This document shows positions 1 to 9,754 of a stretch of DNA of 64,000 bases, piece by piece. The notes beneath the pieces are model-generated. The model saw only the letters and a program-made list of their open reading frames with translations, did no database searches and was not told the origin of the DNA. How positions within the stretch are numbered: position 1 is the first letter of the stretch; each line of letters opens with the position of its first letter. The stretch covers positions 1-64,000 of IMG/VR virus record IMGVR_UViG_2825563536_000001; one strand, given 5' to 3'. This DNA is from a virus. Lineage: Duplodnaviria > Caudoviricetes. A program made the translations under genes and the position numbers.

Positions 1-1629
1 TTCCCTTGCCCTGGTCTGTCTTCGACTTCGCGTCGTCGGTGACGGGTCGGCCGGGTCGTCTTCGGCGTTCGGGTCGACCCCGTCGGCCTCGCCTGCGTCG
101 AACTCGTCGTCCGGTTCGATCGGGGCAGCGTCGGCGGCCGCGGTCTCTTCCGCGATCGCGGCGACTTCCTCGTCGACTTCCTTCTCGGTCCAGTCGGGGT
201 GCTGCTGCTTGACCATCTCCCGCGTCGAGATTGCGCGGGCCGCCGACAGCGCCGACAGCGACTGCGCGAGTTCGAGCGGCGACGTCGTCGACCGGGTCGG
301 GAAGTTCAGGTTCGGCAGGTCCGTCAGCTCGACGCCCGAGTCGTACAGGTCGCGGTCGATCTGCATGGCCGTGAACACCAGTGGCCGCAGCGCGGCCTTC
401 CAGTAGTTGATCTTCTTCGCGCGGGTGCGCTCGGACAGCCGGTCCTTGGCGTTCACCTCGGTTGCTGTCTGCACGCCGACCGTCAGCGACGAATCGGGAG
501 AAGTTGTTTCGACGACAGCCCGCGCCACGCAGGATCGCGTTCAGGATTTCCGCGCACGTCTGGCTGTGTCCTGCCAGCGGATCGCGAACTGGTTCGCCTG
601 CACGCCGTTCGCCTGGTTCTGGCCGGTCGACAGCTGCTCACGCAGCGGCGTGAAATCGACTGGTCGGTGTCGAACCCTGCGCCCTTGCCGGGGCCGGACG
701 GGTGGAGCAGGCCCTCGTCGACGAAACAGGCGCGCCTTACCGAGGTCGAGTCGCGCATCCACGACGTGTAAGCCTCATCAAGCGCGTCGAACAGCGGTTC
801 GAGGCCGTCGAAGTCGGAGCGGCCGAGCTGCGTCAGGCCCGGCACCGAGCGCCACTTCCTGTTCGGGCGCAACGTTTCGGCACGTACGCGGCGGTCAGGC
901 CGTCGACGCCGGTCGGGATGCTGCCCTGCGAATCGACCAGGTCCGCAGCCCATTCGGTCTCGGGGGACTCGCTCAGCGGGATCGCGCGGCCGAGATGCCC
1001 GGCATCGCCCTGGTAGAGGCCGTGGAAGATGCGCCCGGACTCGTGCCGCTCGAGGTGCCGGTACACGGTGCCGCTGTCGTCGAGCACCTTCGTCCAGAAC
1101 GACACCGCGGACAGCCGGTTGTATCGCCACGTCGGCACCGCGGCGTCGCAGGCGACCGAACCGAGCATCACCTGCTCGCCGACCGCCTTGTCCACCACAG
1201 GCGCAGATACGTTCCGCCGAGAGCCGAGCACAGTTCGGCCGACTCGAGCAGCGTCGCGGCGACCTCGTCCGAGTTGAACAGCGCATCCAGGCGCGCCTGC
1301 GCCTTCACGTCGTCCAGCTGCCCGTCAGCGACGGTGAACGTCGGAGCCTGCGAGAACAGAAGATCGGCCATCGTGCGCGCGACGTCGGCCGCGGCCGGGA
1401 TGTGCAGCTTGTTGTTCCGCTGCGGGTTCGGGCGGCCCCAGAAGAACCGGGCCAGCGCACCGACCACACCGCCCATCGGGTTCTGCGACCGGACCATCTG
1501 ATTGCCGTGGTAGATCGTCTGCAGGTCGGCGATATCGCCTGTGTACCAGGCGTTATGGATGCGGTGCTCGCGATATGCGATGTCGAACGGCTTCGGGGGG
1601 AAGGTGCCGCCAGAATCAGGCAGGGCCAC
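1..1629 (-). CDS. Phage portal protein, broken by several frameshifts and running off the window edge
   Basis: Consecutive ORF fragments (1168-1629, 833-1231, 483-1286, 541-762 and the frame ending ...HPDWTEKEVDEEVAAI) join into an actinophage SPP1-type portal (LGRSDFDGLEPLFDALDEAYTSWMRD); lies downstream of the terminase. Confidence 0.85.
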
Positions 1630-1664
1630 GGGGTCGGCGCTCCTTTCGCGCCGAGCGGCGCGGG

Positions 1665-1938
1665 TTACGAGGTGGAGTCAGTGGGGTAGACGACCTGGAC
1701 CTCAGCGGTGAAGTGGCCGGTGCCGGTCGGGGGTTCGTCGGCAGGCGGCGCTTCCTGCGGGGGCTGCGGCAGCACAACCGCGGCGATACCGTTCGCGAGG
1801 ACCAGGCCGTGCCCGACGAGCGCGCGGACACCGGACAGCTCCGGTGAGCCGCCGGCGCGAGAGGTGGTGTTGGCTTCCTCGATCGCGTCGCCGAGCTGCT
1901 CGAACACGGCGATGATCGCGCCGAGGTCGGCGGTCATG
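1665..1938 (-). CDS. Hypothetical protein (start uncertain)
   Basis: Coding-like ORF in the operon between terminase and portal. Confidence 0.5.
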
Positions 1939-2014
1939 GCGTCAGCGAGGGTGCGCAGCGCGTCGACCTGCTCCTGCAGGGCTGAGGTGTCGTCCAAAGT
2001 GGGGAACTCCCAGG

Positions 2015-2260
2015 TCAGTTGGGTTTGCGGTCGTGCTTCTTGCCGCCGCTGTGATCGCCCGGCCACACGCGGAAGACCGCGTGGTAATACTTCGCAGCGA
2101 GGCCGTGCACGTACTTCTCGGGAACCTTCTCGGACTGCAGCTCCCGCACCAGCGTCGTGTACGGGTGCGCCGAGATTGCCCACCGCGCCAGGCCCTTTCC
2201 CTTCGTCCAGTACCGGTCGAGGGGGCGGGCCTTCTCGTCGCCTACAGGGCCTTCACTCAC
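2015..2260 (-). CDS. Small phage protein (YWTKGKGLARW motif)
   Basis: GTG start with AAGGAG RBS; motif typical of actinophage head-region proteins. Confidence 0.65.
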   Translation of the reverse strand: MSEGPVGDEKARPLDRYWTKGKGLARWAISAHPYTTLVRELQSEKVPEKYVHGLAAKYYHAVFRVWPGDHSGGKKHDRKPN

Positions 2261-2678
2261 GGGGTATCTCCTTGGGTCGTTCCGTGAACACGGCCGACCG
2301 CAGGAGCGAACCCGAGATGTCATCGACCGCGTATGCGAGCAGTTCCTCGCGCATGTCGACATCGGCGCCGAGGTCGAGGGCGCCGCCGTAGTGCGCGCGG
2401 GCGAGCGCGGCCGCGGCGTGCACCGCTTCGTGGATCACGACCTGCTGCGTCATGTGCTCGTCGCACAGGCGCATCAGCCCGAGGTAGCGGCTGCCCGGCT
2501 TCACGAGGCCGTGGAATACGCCCTGCGTATCGGCCCACTCCTTCGGCGACTGTCGGCACATCTTCGCGGCAGCGGCCTGCAGTTCGGCGGCGGTGTCGTA
2601 CACGCGCAGCCGGAACCAGTAGTCGCTGAGGTCAGGCAGCGGGACGCGCACATCGCAGCGGCCGGTCCAGCGAATCAC
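2253..2678 (-). CDS. Putative zinc metallopeptidase-like protein
   Basis: HEAVH (HExxH) motif; true start may be ~2752 via a frameshift. Confidence 0.55.
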   Translation of the reverse strand: MIRWTGRCDVRVPLPDLSDYWFRLRVYDTAAELQAAAAKMCRQSPKEWADTQGVFHGLVKPGSRYLGLMRLCDEHMTQQVVIHEAVHAAAALARAHYGGALDLGADVDMREELLAYAVDDISGSLLRSAVFTERPKEIPRE

Positions 2679-2932
2679 CAGCAGCGGTGCACGTGCGGAA
2701 CGCGCGGCACCTGCAGCGATCGGGGCAGCGTCGAGGCGAGGTTGATGGTCACCTCAGGCTTGGGGGCGAGACGGTCGGCGGCGCGGCGCAGCAGCGCGGC
2801 CACACGGGCGCGAGGGAAGGGCACGGGAAACTCCGGAGCGAGAGAAAGAGTGCGACACCCCGGCCGCCCGCGTGTACTCAGCGGGCGGCCTGGGCTGTAT
2901 TCAGTTGTCCGCCACCAGATCGGTGCGCGGGG

Positions 2933-4258
2933 TCATGCGGCGAGAACGCCGGGCGGCGCGGACAGGTCGACGTGCCGGCGCCAACGCTTCTCGGTGGTCG
3001 CGAGGCTGTACCGGAACGCGTCGAGGCTGTGGTCGGCGACCTTGATCGGCGCGTCCTTGCCCTGCTCGGTGGCCTTGGGGTCCCACGAGTAGCCGGGGGC
3101 CTCGAGCACGAGGCCGCGGCACCGGTCGGACACCTTGAGGCGCCCCGATGCCAGCAGCGACGCCGTCAGGCGGATGCCGTAGAGGACGTCATTGTGGCCG
3201 GGGTGCGAGTGCACGCCGTCCTGCTGCAGCTGCACGCGGAACGAGGCCGCGGCGGGGTCGACGATGATCGGCCCGAGGTCGGGCGAGTTGCCGTCCGGGT
3301 GGTGCGGCTGCTCGAGCCATTCACGCAGACCGGCCGACAGCTGCGAGTCGGTGCGGCGAGTCTCAGCCGAAGATGCCTGGTGGCGCCACTCGTCGACCGC
3401 GTACAGGATGCCGTCGTCGCCGAGGCCGAGCAGGATCGCGGCCGTCGCGTTCGTGGTGCCGTAGTCGATGCCGACGCCGAAGTATTCGACGATCGGGGGC
3501 AGCGCCTCCCAGGGCACGACGTGCCGGTTCTGGTCCCACATGTCGTAGATCGCGCCTTCTGCGGACACCCAGTGCCCGAGGATGAACCGGCGGTACCACA
3601 GGCCGGTGTACTCGGCGCGAAGTGACGCCTTGTACTCCTCCGTCAGGGACGGGTTGTCGTCGATCGTGAAGTGGAACCGGCGCCAGTTCGTGAGCTGCTT
3701 CTCGCCGTTCGGGCCAGGGCCTTCGACGCGGTCGAGGTAGTCCCGCTTGAGCCAGTGCATCGGCGAGTCGGGGTTGGTCGTTCCGAACAGCTGAGCGCCC
3801 GGCACCGACATACGGCCGAGCAGCTGCTTGAAGAACGCCATGTCGAGGACGGTGACCTCGTCGCAGAACGCGAGCTGAATGGTCATACCGCGAATCTTGT
3901 TCTCGGACATACCATCGTTCGCGCCGACGACGTGCACGAGGCGGCCGAAGATGCGGGCCGTTGCGGCGCCCTGCCGGTACTGCACGTGCGTCGAGAACAC
4001 CGAGAGCGCAGGAATGGTCATCAGCGGCTCGAACACGTTTCGGAAGATCGAGTCGCGGTTCTTGCCGACGATCACGATTGCACCCTCAGGGCCTGCGGTC
4101 GCGATCTTCTCGAGCATCAGCAGCAGCCACGAGAACGTCTTGCCGGCGCGGATGCTGCCCTCGAAGATGTTCACGCGGCCGTCGGCGTAGAACACCGAGT
4201 CGATCTGCTTCTCGGACATGCCGATCACGGGCTTGGGTGCGGGTTCGTCGCCGCTCAC
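2933..4258 (-). CDS. terL: Terminase large subunit (PBSX family)
   Basis: Walker A GSIRAGKT, Walker B FCDEV, TTNPDSP motif, nuclease GIDYG...VDPAA...DHSLDAFRY. Confidence 0.95.
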   Translation of the reverse strand: MSGDEPAPKPVIGMSEKQIDSVFYADGRVNIFEGSIRAGKTFSWLLLMLEKIATAGPEGAIVIVGKNRDSIFRNVFEPLMTIPALSVFSTHVQYRQGAATARIFGRLVHVVGANDGMSENKIRGMTIQLAFCDEVTVLDMAFFKQLLGRMSVPGAQLFGTTNPDSPMHWLKRDYLDRVEGPGPNGEKQLTNWRRFHFTIDDNPSLTEEYKASLRAEYTGLWYRRFILGHWVSAEGAIYDMWDQNRHVVPWEALPPIVEYFGVGIDYGTTNATAAILLGLGDDGILYAVDEWRHQASSAETRRTDSQLSAGLREWLEQPHHPDGNSPDLGPIIVDPAAASFRVQLQQDGVHSHPGHNDVLYGIRLTASLLASGRLKVSDRCRGLVLEAPGYSWDPKATEQGKDAPIKVADHSLDAFRYSLATTEKRWRRHVDLSAPPGVLAA

Positions 4259-4749
4259 TGGTCGTCGTCGTCCTTCGGGGATTCGCCCTCAGCGTCGGCG
4301 GCCTGCTTGGCGGCGAAGGCGGCCTTGGCGATCGCCTGCTGGCGGCCGACCGCGTTCGTGCGGATCGACCCCATCAGATCGGCGAGCGCCTGGCGGGCCT
4401 CGCCCGAGGTGTCCGGCGGGGCAGCGGAATCGAGGTTCATGTACTTCGAGCGACGCTCCATCAGCTTGAGCACCCGGTCGATCGCCTTGAGGTCGCCCTT
4501 CACGGCGTCGGGGAAGATGCCGGTGAGCATCGCGTCGAGGCGGTTCAGCTCGAGGTCGATCACGAGTTCGGTCGGCTCGCGCTTGATTTCGGTGATCGCC
4601 TCCGACACGAGGCGCTGCGCGGTCGACTTCGATACGTCGAGCACCTTCGCGATCTGAACGATCGTGGCGCCGCGGAGACGCAGCTGCATGGCCTTCTCCT
4701 GCAGCTTCGCGCGCTCAATCGCGGATCGGCTGGTCCTGGCACGTGCCAT
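4255..4749 (-). CDS. terS: Terminase small subunit (HTH)
   Basis: N-terminal HTH (ATIVQIAKVLDVSKSTAQRLV), KGDLKAIDRVLKLMERRSK; 4-bp overlap with terL. Confidence 0.8.
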   Translation of the reverse strand: MARARTSRSAIERAKLQEKAMQLRLRGATIVQIAKVLDVSKSTAQRLVSEAITEIKREPTELVIDLELNRLDAMLTGIFPDAVKGDLKAIDRVLKLMERRSKYMNLDSAAPPDTSGEARQALADLMGSIRTNAVGRQQAIAKAAFAAKQAADAEGESPKDDDDQ

Positions 4750-5055
4750 GCGGACCTCCTGTTCAACTGGGGTCCGACGCTCCCGGCGTCTAGACCTGGT
4801 CGAGGGGGTGTTCGCTTCGCCGTGCAGGGTGTATTCAGTTGTAGGCGTGTGCGATTGGAAACCGGCCCGCCCAGGCGCTTCGCCGCCACGGATTCAAGGT
4901 GTAGGTGTGCGGGAGCTGCCCGAGCGGGCCGGAAGTGGAAGCGCCCCGCGCTCAACCGCCTGCAACGAGGGGCGGGAGCGCGGGGCGAGATAGTGCGGCT
5001 GGACTCAGCCCGGCAGGACAATCAGTGTGTGTCCGGGGGTGCAGCCGCAGGTCGA

Positions 5056-5805
5056 TCAGGGCGTGGTGACGATGGTGAAACCAGCGCCGTAGCTGCCCTT
5101 CGCGTTCAGTGCATTGACGATCACGTCGGCACGCTGGAAGACGCCGGGGATCAGCGGGTCGATGCGCAGGCCGACAGCCAGGCCCATCCACAGGCCGTCA
5201 CTCGAACGAGCAACGACGCCGCCCGAATCGCCAGCCTTGGCCTTGGTCACCGAGTTCGAGTGCACGAGGTTGTTCAGCACGGCGATGGAGCCGGAATCGC
5301 AGTACGTCGTCTTCGACGAGTAGCCCTGGTGGCACAGCTCGCCGACGCTACCGACGCCGGGGCCGTTGAAGTAGCCGATGCCGTTCAGCACGATCGAGCC
5401 GTCAGCGGAGGTGTTCGAGCCGCGAACCTTGGTCTCGTCCAGGAGCAGAACTGCGTAGTCGGGCTTCCGGTCGTCCGGGGTGATGCCGAGCCAGTCCATC
5501 GAACCGGGGGAGAACACGTCGGTCTCCTTGCCGATCGGGCCGCGAGCGACCTCGCCCATCTTCCAGACCTTGTTCGTACCCGACGCGCGGCAGTGACCCG
5601 CCGTGATCGCCACGAGGCGGTTCTGGTTGTCGCGGCCGACAGCAGCGACAGAACACCAGCCGAGCGTTTCCGACGCGGCGTAGGAGATGCCGTCGCCGGG
5701 GTGCAGCACGACACGAGTATCGGGTGCCTCCTGCGCGCCGGCAGTCGGGGCGAGAGTGAACAGGACAGCGAGAACGCCGAATACGGCGATGAGAGCACGC
5801 TTCAA
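5056..5805 (-). CDS. Secreted trypsin-like (S1) serine protease
   Basis: Signal peptide, TAGHC, DYAVL and GDSGG catalytic motifs. Confidence 0.85.
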   Translation of the reverse strand: MKRALIAVFGVLAVLFTLAPTAGAQEAPDTRVVLHPGDGISYAASETLGWCSVAAVGRDNQNRLVAITAGHCRASGTNKVWKMGEVARGPIGKETDVFSPGSMDWLGITPDDRKPDYAVLLLDETKVRGSNTSADGSIVLNGIGYFNGPGVGSVGELCHQGYSSKTTYCDSGSIAVLNNLVHSNSVTKAKAGDSGGVVARSSDGLWMGLAVGLRIDPLIPGVFQRADVIVNALNAKGSYGAGFTIVTTP

Positions 5806-5822
5806 GTACAGCTCCTATCTAG

Positions 5823-5902
5823 TCAGGGTGGAAGGAATCGAACCTCCGACGTCCGAAGACAGCTGGGTTACAGCCAGCTCGCGCGCCATGCGACACACCC
5901 CG
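5823..5902 (-). tRNA. tRNA-Tyr(GTA)
   Basis: Anticodon arm GCTGG-CTGTAAC-CCAGC, long variable arm, T-loop GGTTCGATTCC. Confidence 0.8.
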
Positions 5903-5924
5903 TGGTGGGCATTTCTGCCCTGCG

Positions 5925-5997
5925 AGCCTCCGCGCGGGATCGAACCGCGGACCTGCTACTTACGAGGTAGCCGCTACTGCCACTGAGCTACGGAGGC
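5925..5997 (-). tRNA. tRNA-Thr(CGT)
   Basis: Cloverleaf with anticodon arm GCTAC-CTCGTAA-GTAGC. Confidence 0.9.
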
Positions 5998-6036
5998 GGA
6001 CAAGCCGACGCCCCCCGAAGCGGACGACGGCCAGTG

Positions 6037-6108
6037 CTCCCCAGCGAGGACTCGAACCTCGATTACCGCGACCAGAACGCGGCGGCCTGCCAATTAACCG
6101 ACCGGGGA
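6037..6108 (-). tRNA. tRNA-Gln(CTG)
   Basis: Cloverleaf with anticodon arm CCGCG-TTCTGGT-CGCGG. Confidence 0.85.
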
Positions 6109-6184
6109 ATGAAAACCTGACCTTGGGCCGCGGCGGCTCGCAGCCTGTGCGGCACCAGAGGGCCAGGTGTTGTGAAACGTACTG

Positions 6185-7348
6185 CTAGGAACGTGCTTTC
6201 AGCCACGCCGTGATCGCGTCACGGGTCGACTTCGGGTGGTCCGCGTTGTAGGCGACCGTCCACAGCGGAACCAGCTCGCCGCTCGTCGAGCCGCTGACAT
6301 TGAGCATCGTCCGCGGGATGCCGTCGCCGGGGGCGATCGGCTTGGTGCCTTCGTCGCCGCCGTCGAACGACGTGAACGCCGCCGTCAGGCCCGCGGGCAT
6401 TCGGCCGACCAGCACGTGCGTACCGGGCACTATGCGGCTCCCGGCGACCGGCACGACGATGTTCGACGAGCCGTTCCAGGTGTCGAACCGCACCCGCACG
6501 TCGTCGCCGCCGGTGGGGCCTGACTGCAGCGTGAGCCGACCGGTGCCGGTCGTTGCGCCGCCGAACTGGGCGAAGCTCGGGTAGTGCGCGGCGCTGGCCG
6601 CTGTCGAGTGGAAGCAGAAGTACACCGTGATCGGATCGAGCGGTTCACCGGGGATGGTGTTCCAGATCGAGCCGGTGCCGTAAATCTGCGCGGCGGGCGG
6701 GCCTGCGATCGAGTCGAGCGTCGACAGGTTCGGGTAGCCGATGCTGGTCGAGGCGTTCGCCTTGCCCTCCCACCTCGAGGAAGGGGAGTCGCCGTCGGCG
6801 AACATCGGCCGCTGATCGGTCTGTGCAACGAACCCCTCGGTTGCGTCGAGCGTTGCCCCAACAGGCCAGATCGTCGACCCCGTCGTCGACAGGGCGTAGG
6901 CGGTGATGGTCACACGGTCCGTCGTCGGGCCGGGCGTGAACCACCCCGAGATGTATCGCCAGATGCCCGCCTTGAGCGTCACCGTCGTGACCGGGATACC
7001 GGAGGCGGCGAACTCGTCTGTGGCGGTGCGCTGCTCGGCCGACATGGTCACGACCTGGTCGACCGAAGATCGAATCTTCATGCTGGCGAAGTACCGGCGC
7101 CCTGCAGTGACCGGGACGCGGCCGATCGCAGAGGAACCGATGTAGATTCCGCCGCTCGGCGTTGTCGGTGACGTCGTCCAGGTGATCCGGGCGAAGGTGC
7201 CGCCGACGTCCGAGCCTGCCGACACCGCGGCAGCACCGCCGACGCCCGCATACCCCGCCCAGTGCCCGCCGACCGGCGCGACCGCCCGGGGATTCCCCGA
7301 CAGGTTGCGGATCGGCAGTGCACGCGGGTCGCCGAGCCGAGACCTCAC
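6185..7348 (-). CDS. Putative minor tail / carbohydrate-binding virion protein
   Basis: Beta-rich protein with FADGDSP..W.G.ANASTS motif typical of actinophage tail proteins; GTG start overlaps the upstream stop. Confidence 0.65.
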   Translation of the reverse strand: MRSRLGDPRALPIRNLSGNPRAVAPVGGHWAGYAGVGGAAAVSAGSDVGGTFARITWTTSPTTPSGGIYIGSSAIGRVPVTAGRRYFASMKIRSSVDQVVTMSAEQRTATDEFAASGIPVTTVTLKAGIWRYISGWFTPGPTTDRVTITAYALSTTGSTIWPVGATLDATEGFVAQTDQRPMFADGDSPSSRWEGKANASTSIGYPNLSTLDSIAGPPAAQIYGTGSIWNTIPGEPLDPITVYFCFHSTAASAAHYPSFAQFGGATTGTGRLTLQSGPTGGDDVRVRFDTWNGSSNIVVPVAGSRIVPGTHVLVGRMPAGLTAAFTSFDGGDEGTKPIAPGDGIPRTMLNVSGSTSGELVPLWTVAYNADHPKSTRDAITAWLKARS

Positions 7349-8736
7349 GAGATGCCCTGCGCGAGGACAGACCCGATCCAGTACGCGCCGGTCCAGGTGA
7401 ACAGGTAGATGTCGGTCGCTCCCGCAGTCGGCGTGACCGTCGGGACCAGGCCCCACTGCCACTTCACATTCGAGAACGTCAGCGTGCGGCCGCCGACCGA
7501 ATCCTGCAGCAGCTCGAGCGCCACCGTGTATGTGCGCCCGGCCGTACCGGGCACGAACGCGGCCGCGCCGCTGCCGGTCAGTCGCCGCTTGAGCCACGTC
7601 GGCTTCGACAGCAAGGTCGGGTTCGACGCGAAGTTCGCGCCGCTCGACCAGTCGTAGAACGGCGTGATCGGAACGACCGTCTCGTCTCGGGCGGCCTCGG
7701 TGGCGGCCTTCGCCGTGTTCGCGGCGCCGGCGGACTCGCCCGCCTTCGATGCGGAGGTCGCGGCGTTGCGCTCGGAAGCTGCAGCAGCGTCGGCAGACCC
7801 GGCGGCCGCACCGGCGGACGTGCCTGCGGAATCGGCTGATCCTGCGGCGTTGCGTTCGCTCGTCGCGGCCTTACCGGCGGCTTCGACGACGTCGGCGCGG
7901 GCCGCTGTCGCGGTTCCCGCTGCAACGCCTGCAGCCTGTGCGTGCTCGTCGGCGGCGCGGACAGCGTCGTCGAGCGCCACCGCCGAACGGCCCGCAGCGG
8001 CCGCGTGTTCGCCAGCTGCCCGCGCCTGCTCGGTTGCGGTACCCGCGGCACCGGTGGCCGTCTTCGCGTCCGCCTGCGCGGCGCTGGCGGCACCTGCGGC
8101 GGCGCCCTCGGACTCGCCGGCGGCCTTCGCGCTGTCGGCGGCCGCAGTCTCAGACCGGGCTGCCGCGCCTGCTGCCTGCGATGCCGCTCGGGCGCTCTCG
8201 CTGACCGTAGCCAGAGACTCACCCGCGGCGCGGGCCGACGCAGCGGCCGCGGTCTCGGATTCACCGGCCGCCTGCGCGGAGCCGACAGCCTGCACCCGAG
8301 CCTGCTCGATCGCGCTCTTTGTGCCGTCCAGCTGCTCGACGGCCGCGACGAACGAGTCTGCCTGGGCGACTGCCGCCTCGACGCGCTGCTGCGCTGCACG
8401 GGACGCCTCGGCGGCGGTCCATGCCTCGGTGATGATCGGCGGCGGCTGCGGCGTGTACGACTGCACCAGGTCCATCAGGCGATGGGTGCCGTCCGCGGGA
8501 ATGACGATGTCGAACTGTTCGCGCCACGAGCCGACGGCGACCCGCGCCCGAGCGGGGCCGGGTTCGAAGTCGGGGCTGGTCATGGTGCCGTCGGGTGCGA
8601 CGCCGACGTACACCTGCGAGGTGACGACGACGCCGGTGCGGTCTGCGTTGTTGCGGCTGCCCAGTAGGTCGAACCAGACGCCACCGGAGCCGGCGGCGTG
8701 TGCGATGTCCTTGAAGGACTCGGTGATGACTGCCAT
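7345..8736 (-). CDS. Tail fibre-like protein with Ala-rich repeats
   Basis: Baseplate-attachment-like N-terminus, long AAxSExxA repeats as in side tail fibres, C-terminal LQDSVGGRTLTF...W domain. Confidence 0.75.
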   Translation of the reverse strand: MAVITESFKDIAHAAGSGGVWFDLLGSRNNADRTGVVVTSQVYVGVAPDGTMTSPDFEPGPARARVAVGSWREQFDIVIPADGTHRLMDLVQSYTPQPPPIITEAWTAAEASRAAQQRVEAAVAQADSFVAAVEQLDGTKSAIEQARVQAVGSAQAAGESETAAAASARAAGESLATVSESARAASQAAGAAARSETAAADSAKAAGESEGAAAGAASAAQADAKTATGAAGTATEQARAAGEHAAAAGRSAVALDDAVRAADEHAQAAGVAAGTATAARADVVEAAGKAATSERNAAGSADSAGTSAGAAAGSADAAAASERNAATSASKAGESAGAANTAKAATEAARDETVVPITPFYDWSSGANFASNPTLLSKPTWLKRRLTGSGAAAFVPGTAGRTYTVALELLQDSVGGRTLTFSNVKWQWGLVPTVTPTAGATDIYLFTWTGAYWIGSVLAQGIS

Positions 8737-8821
8737 GTCGGCCCTCTGTGAAGTTGTGGTGAAGCAATTGCCCCAGGGGGCAGCATCGGCGCGAGGCCGA
8801 CCGGAAGGCCCTGGGGCTACG

Positions 8822-8905
8822 CGGAAGACGGAGGAATCGAACCCCACACCCGAAGGTGCCCACTGTTTTCGAGACAGGCCCTGCCCCACGGCTGGATCAT
8901 CTTCC
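8822..8905 (-). tRNA. tRNA-Ser(CGA)
   Basis: GGAAGAT acceptor, anticodon loop CTCGAAA, long variable arm. Confidence 0.8.
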
Positions 8906-9166
8906 TGGCTCCCGAGAGGTGTACGTGTCGGGCCACGGGTCTGTCAGAAGCCGCCGCTGTCACACGACGACGAGGACGAGCTGCCGCTGTCGCACGACGA
9001 CGAGCTGTAGCCGCCGCTGTACGAGGACGCAGCGATCGTCGACGCGAGGAACGCGGAGGCGCCGCCGTCACTGGACGACGAGCTGGACGACGAGCCGTAG
9101 GGGCGACGACGAGTGCGGTTCAGTGCCATTCGAACTCCCGAGGTGTGTGTGTTGGGGCGGGGGTTG

Positions 9167-9255
9167 AGCGGGTGCCGGGAGTCGAACCCGGCCGCTCCCC
9201 GGCAGATCACGTGGTGTCCGGGGTTACGAGCGGCATCCCTTTCAGCCGCTCCCGC
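9167..9255 (-). ncRNA. tRNA-like RNA with a non-canonical extended anticodon arm
   Basis: Acceptor GCGGGAG/CACCCGC, perfect T-arm CCGGG-TTCGACT-CCCGG, no 5-bp/7-nt anticodon arm. Confidence 0.55.
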
Positions 9256-9259
9256 AGTG

Positions 9260-9331
9260 CAAGGTCGGCAGGAATCGAACCTGCGACACGTGGTTTTGGA
9301 GACCACTGCTCTCCCACTGAGCTACGACCCC
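9260..9331 (-). tRNA. tRNA-Trp(CCA)
   Basis: Anticodon arm GTGGT-CTCCAAA-ACCAC. Confidence 0.9.
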
Positions 9332-9570
9332 TCGGTGACGGCGGGGAACCCGCAGCCGCAGCCAGGGCCACCTTTCGGGCAGGCCCGGTCGACGACCGCC
9401 GGCGGTTCCTCGTACTCGTCAATCCAGCGGCGTGACTGCCGCTTCTCTCGTGTGCGCTGCGTCTGGTTGTCGACGTCGTACCCGCAGCCGACCAGGCAGC
9501 CGAAGCACTTCTTCATGCGGCCGGTGCGGCGTCCGTACACCGTCGGCCGGGCGCTCGACTTGCCGAGCAT
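9322..9570 (-). CDS. Small Cys-rich basic hypothetical protein between tRNAs
   Basis: AAGGAG RBS then MLGKSSARP...CFGCLVGCG...RTREKRQSRRW; 3' end overlaps tRNA-Trp by 10 nt. Confidence 0.45.
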   Translation of the reverse strand: MLGKSSARPTVYGRRTGRMKKCFGCLVGCGYDVDNQTQRTREKRQSRRWIDEYEEPPAVVDRACPKGGPGCGCGFPAVTEGS

Positions 9571-9597
9571 CCGGGCCAAGCTGCGCTCCTTCACGAT

Positions 9598-9671
9598 TGG
9601 TCCCACCATGCGGGTTCGAACCGCAGTCTCCGGCGTCACAAACCGGCGCTCTACCACTGAGCTACAGCAGG
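9598..9671 (-). tRNA. tRNA-His(GTG), atypical acceptor
   Basis: Anticodon loop TTGTGAC, encoded CCA; A73 and no G-1. Confidence 0.75.
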
Positions 9672-9673
9672 GA

Positions 9674-9750
9674 TGGTTGGTGTGGACGGGTTCGAACCGT
9701 CGACTTCCGGCATATGAAACCGGCGCTCTGACCTGCTGAGCTACACACCT
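9674..9750 (-). tRNA. tRNA-Met(CAT) (or Ile2)
   Basis: Anticodon loop TTCATAT, encoded CCA, A1:A72 mismatch. Confidence 0.8.
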
Positions 9751-9754
9751 GTGT

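Noticed and set aside
1-1629. Multiple frameshifts in the portal gene as programmed recoding or a true pseudogene
   Set aside because: Five or more scattered indels without slippery sites, concentrated at the sequence end while the rest of the genome is intact; most likely low-coverage sequencing errors
3961-5970. Long antisense ORFs (e.g. 3961-5970, 29163-31106, 37002-38918, 52120-53847)
   Set aside because: Antisense shadows of real genes, expected in high-GC DNA
8944-9128. Ser-rich ORF (SSSCDSG repeats) between tRNAs
   Set aside because: Possibly a real small gene, but low complexity gives no functional support, so it was not called
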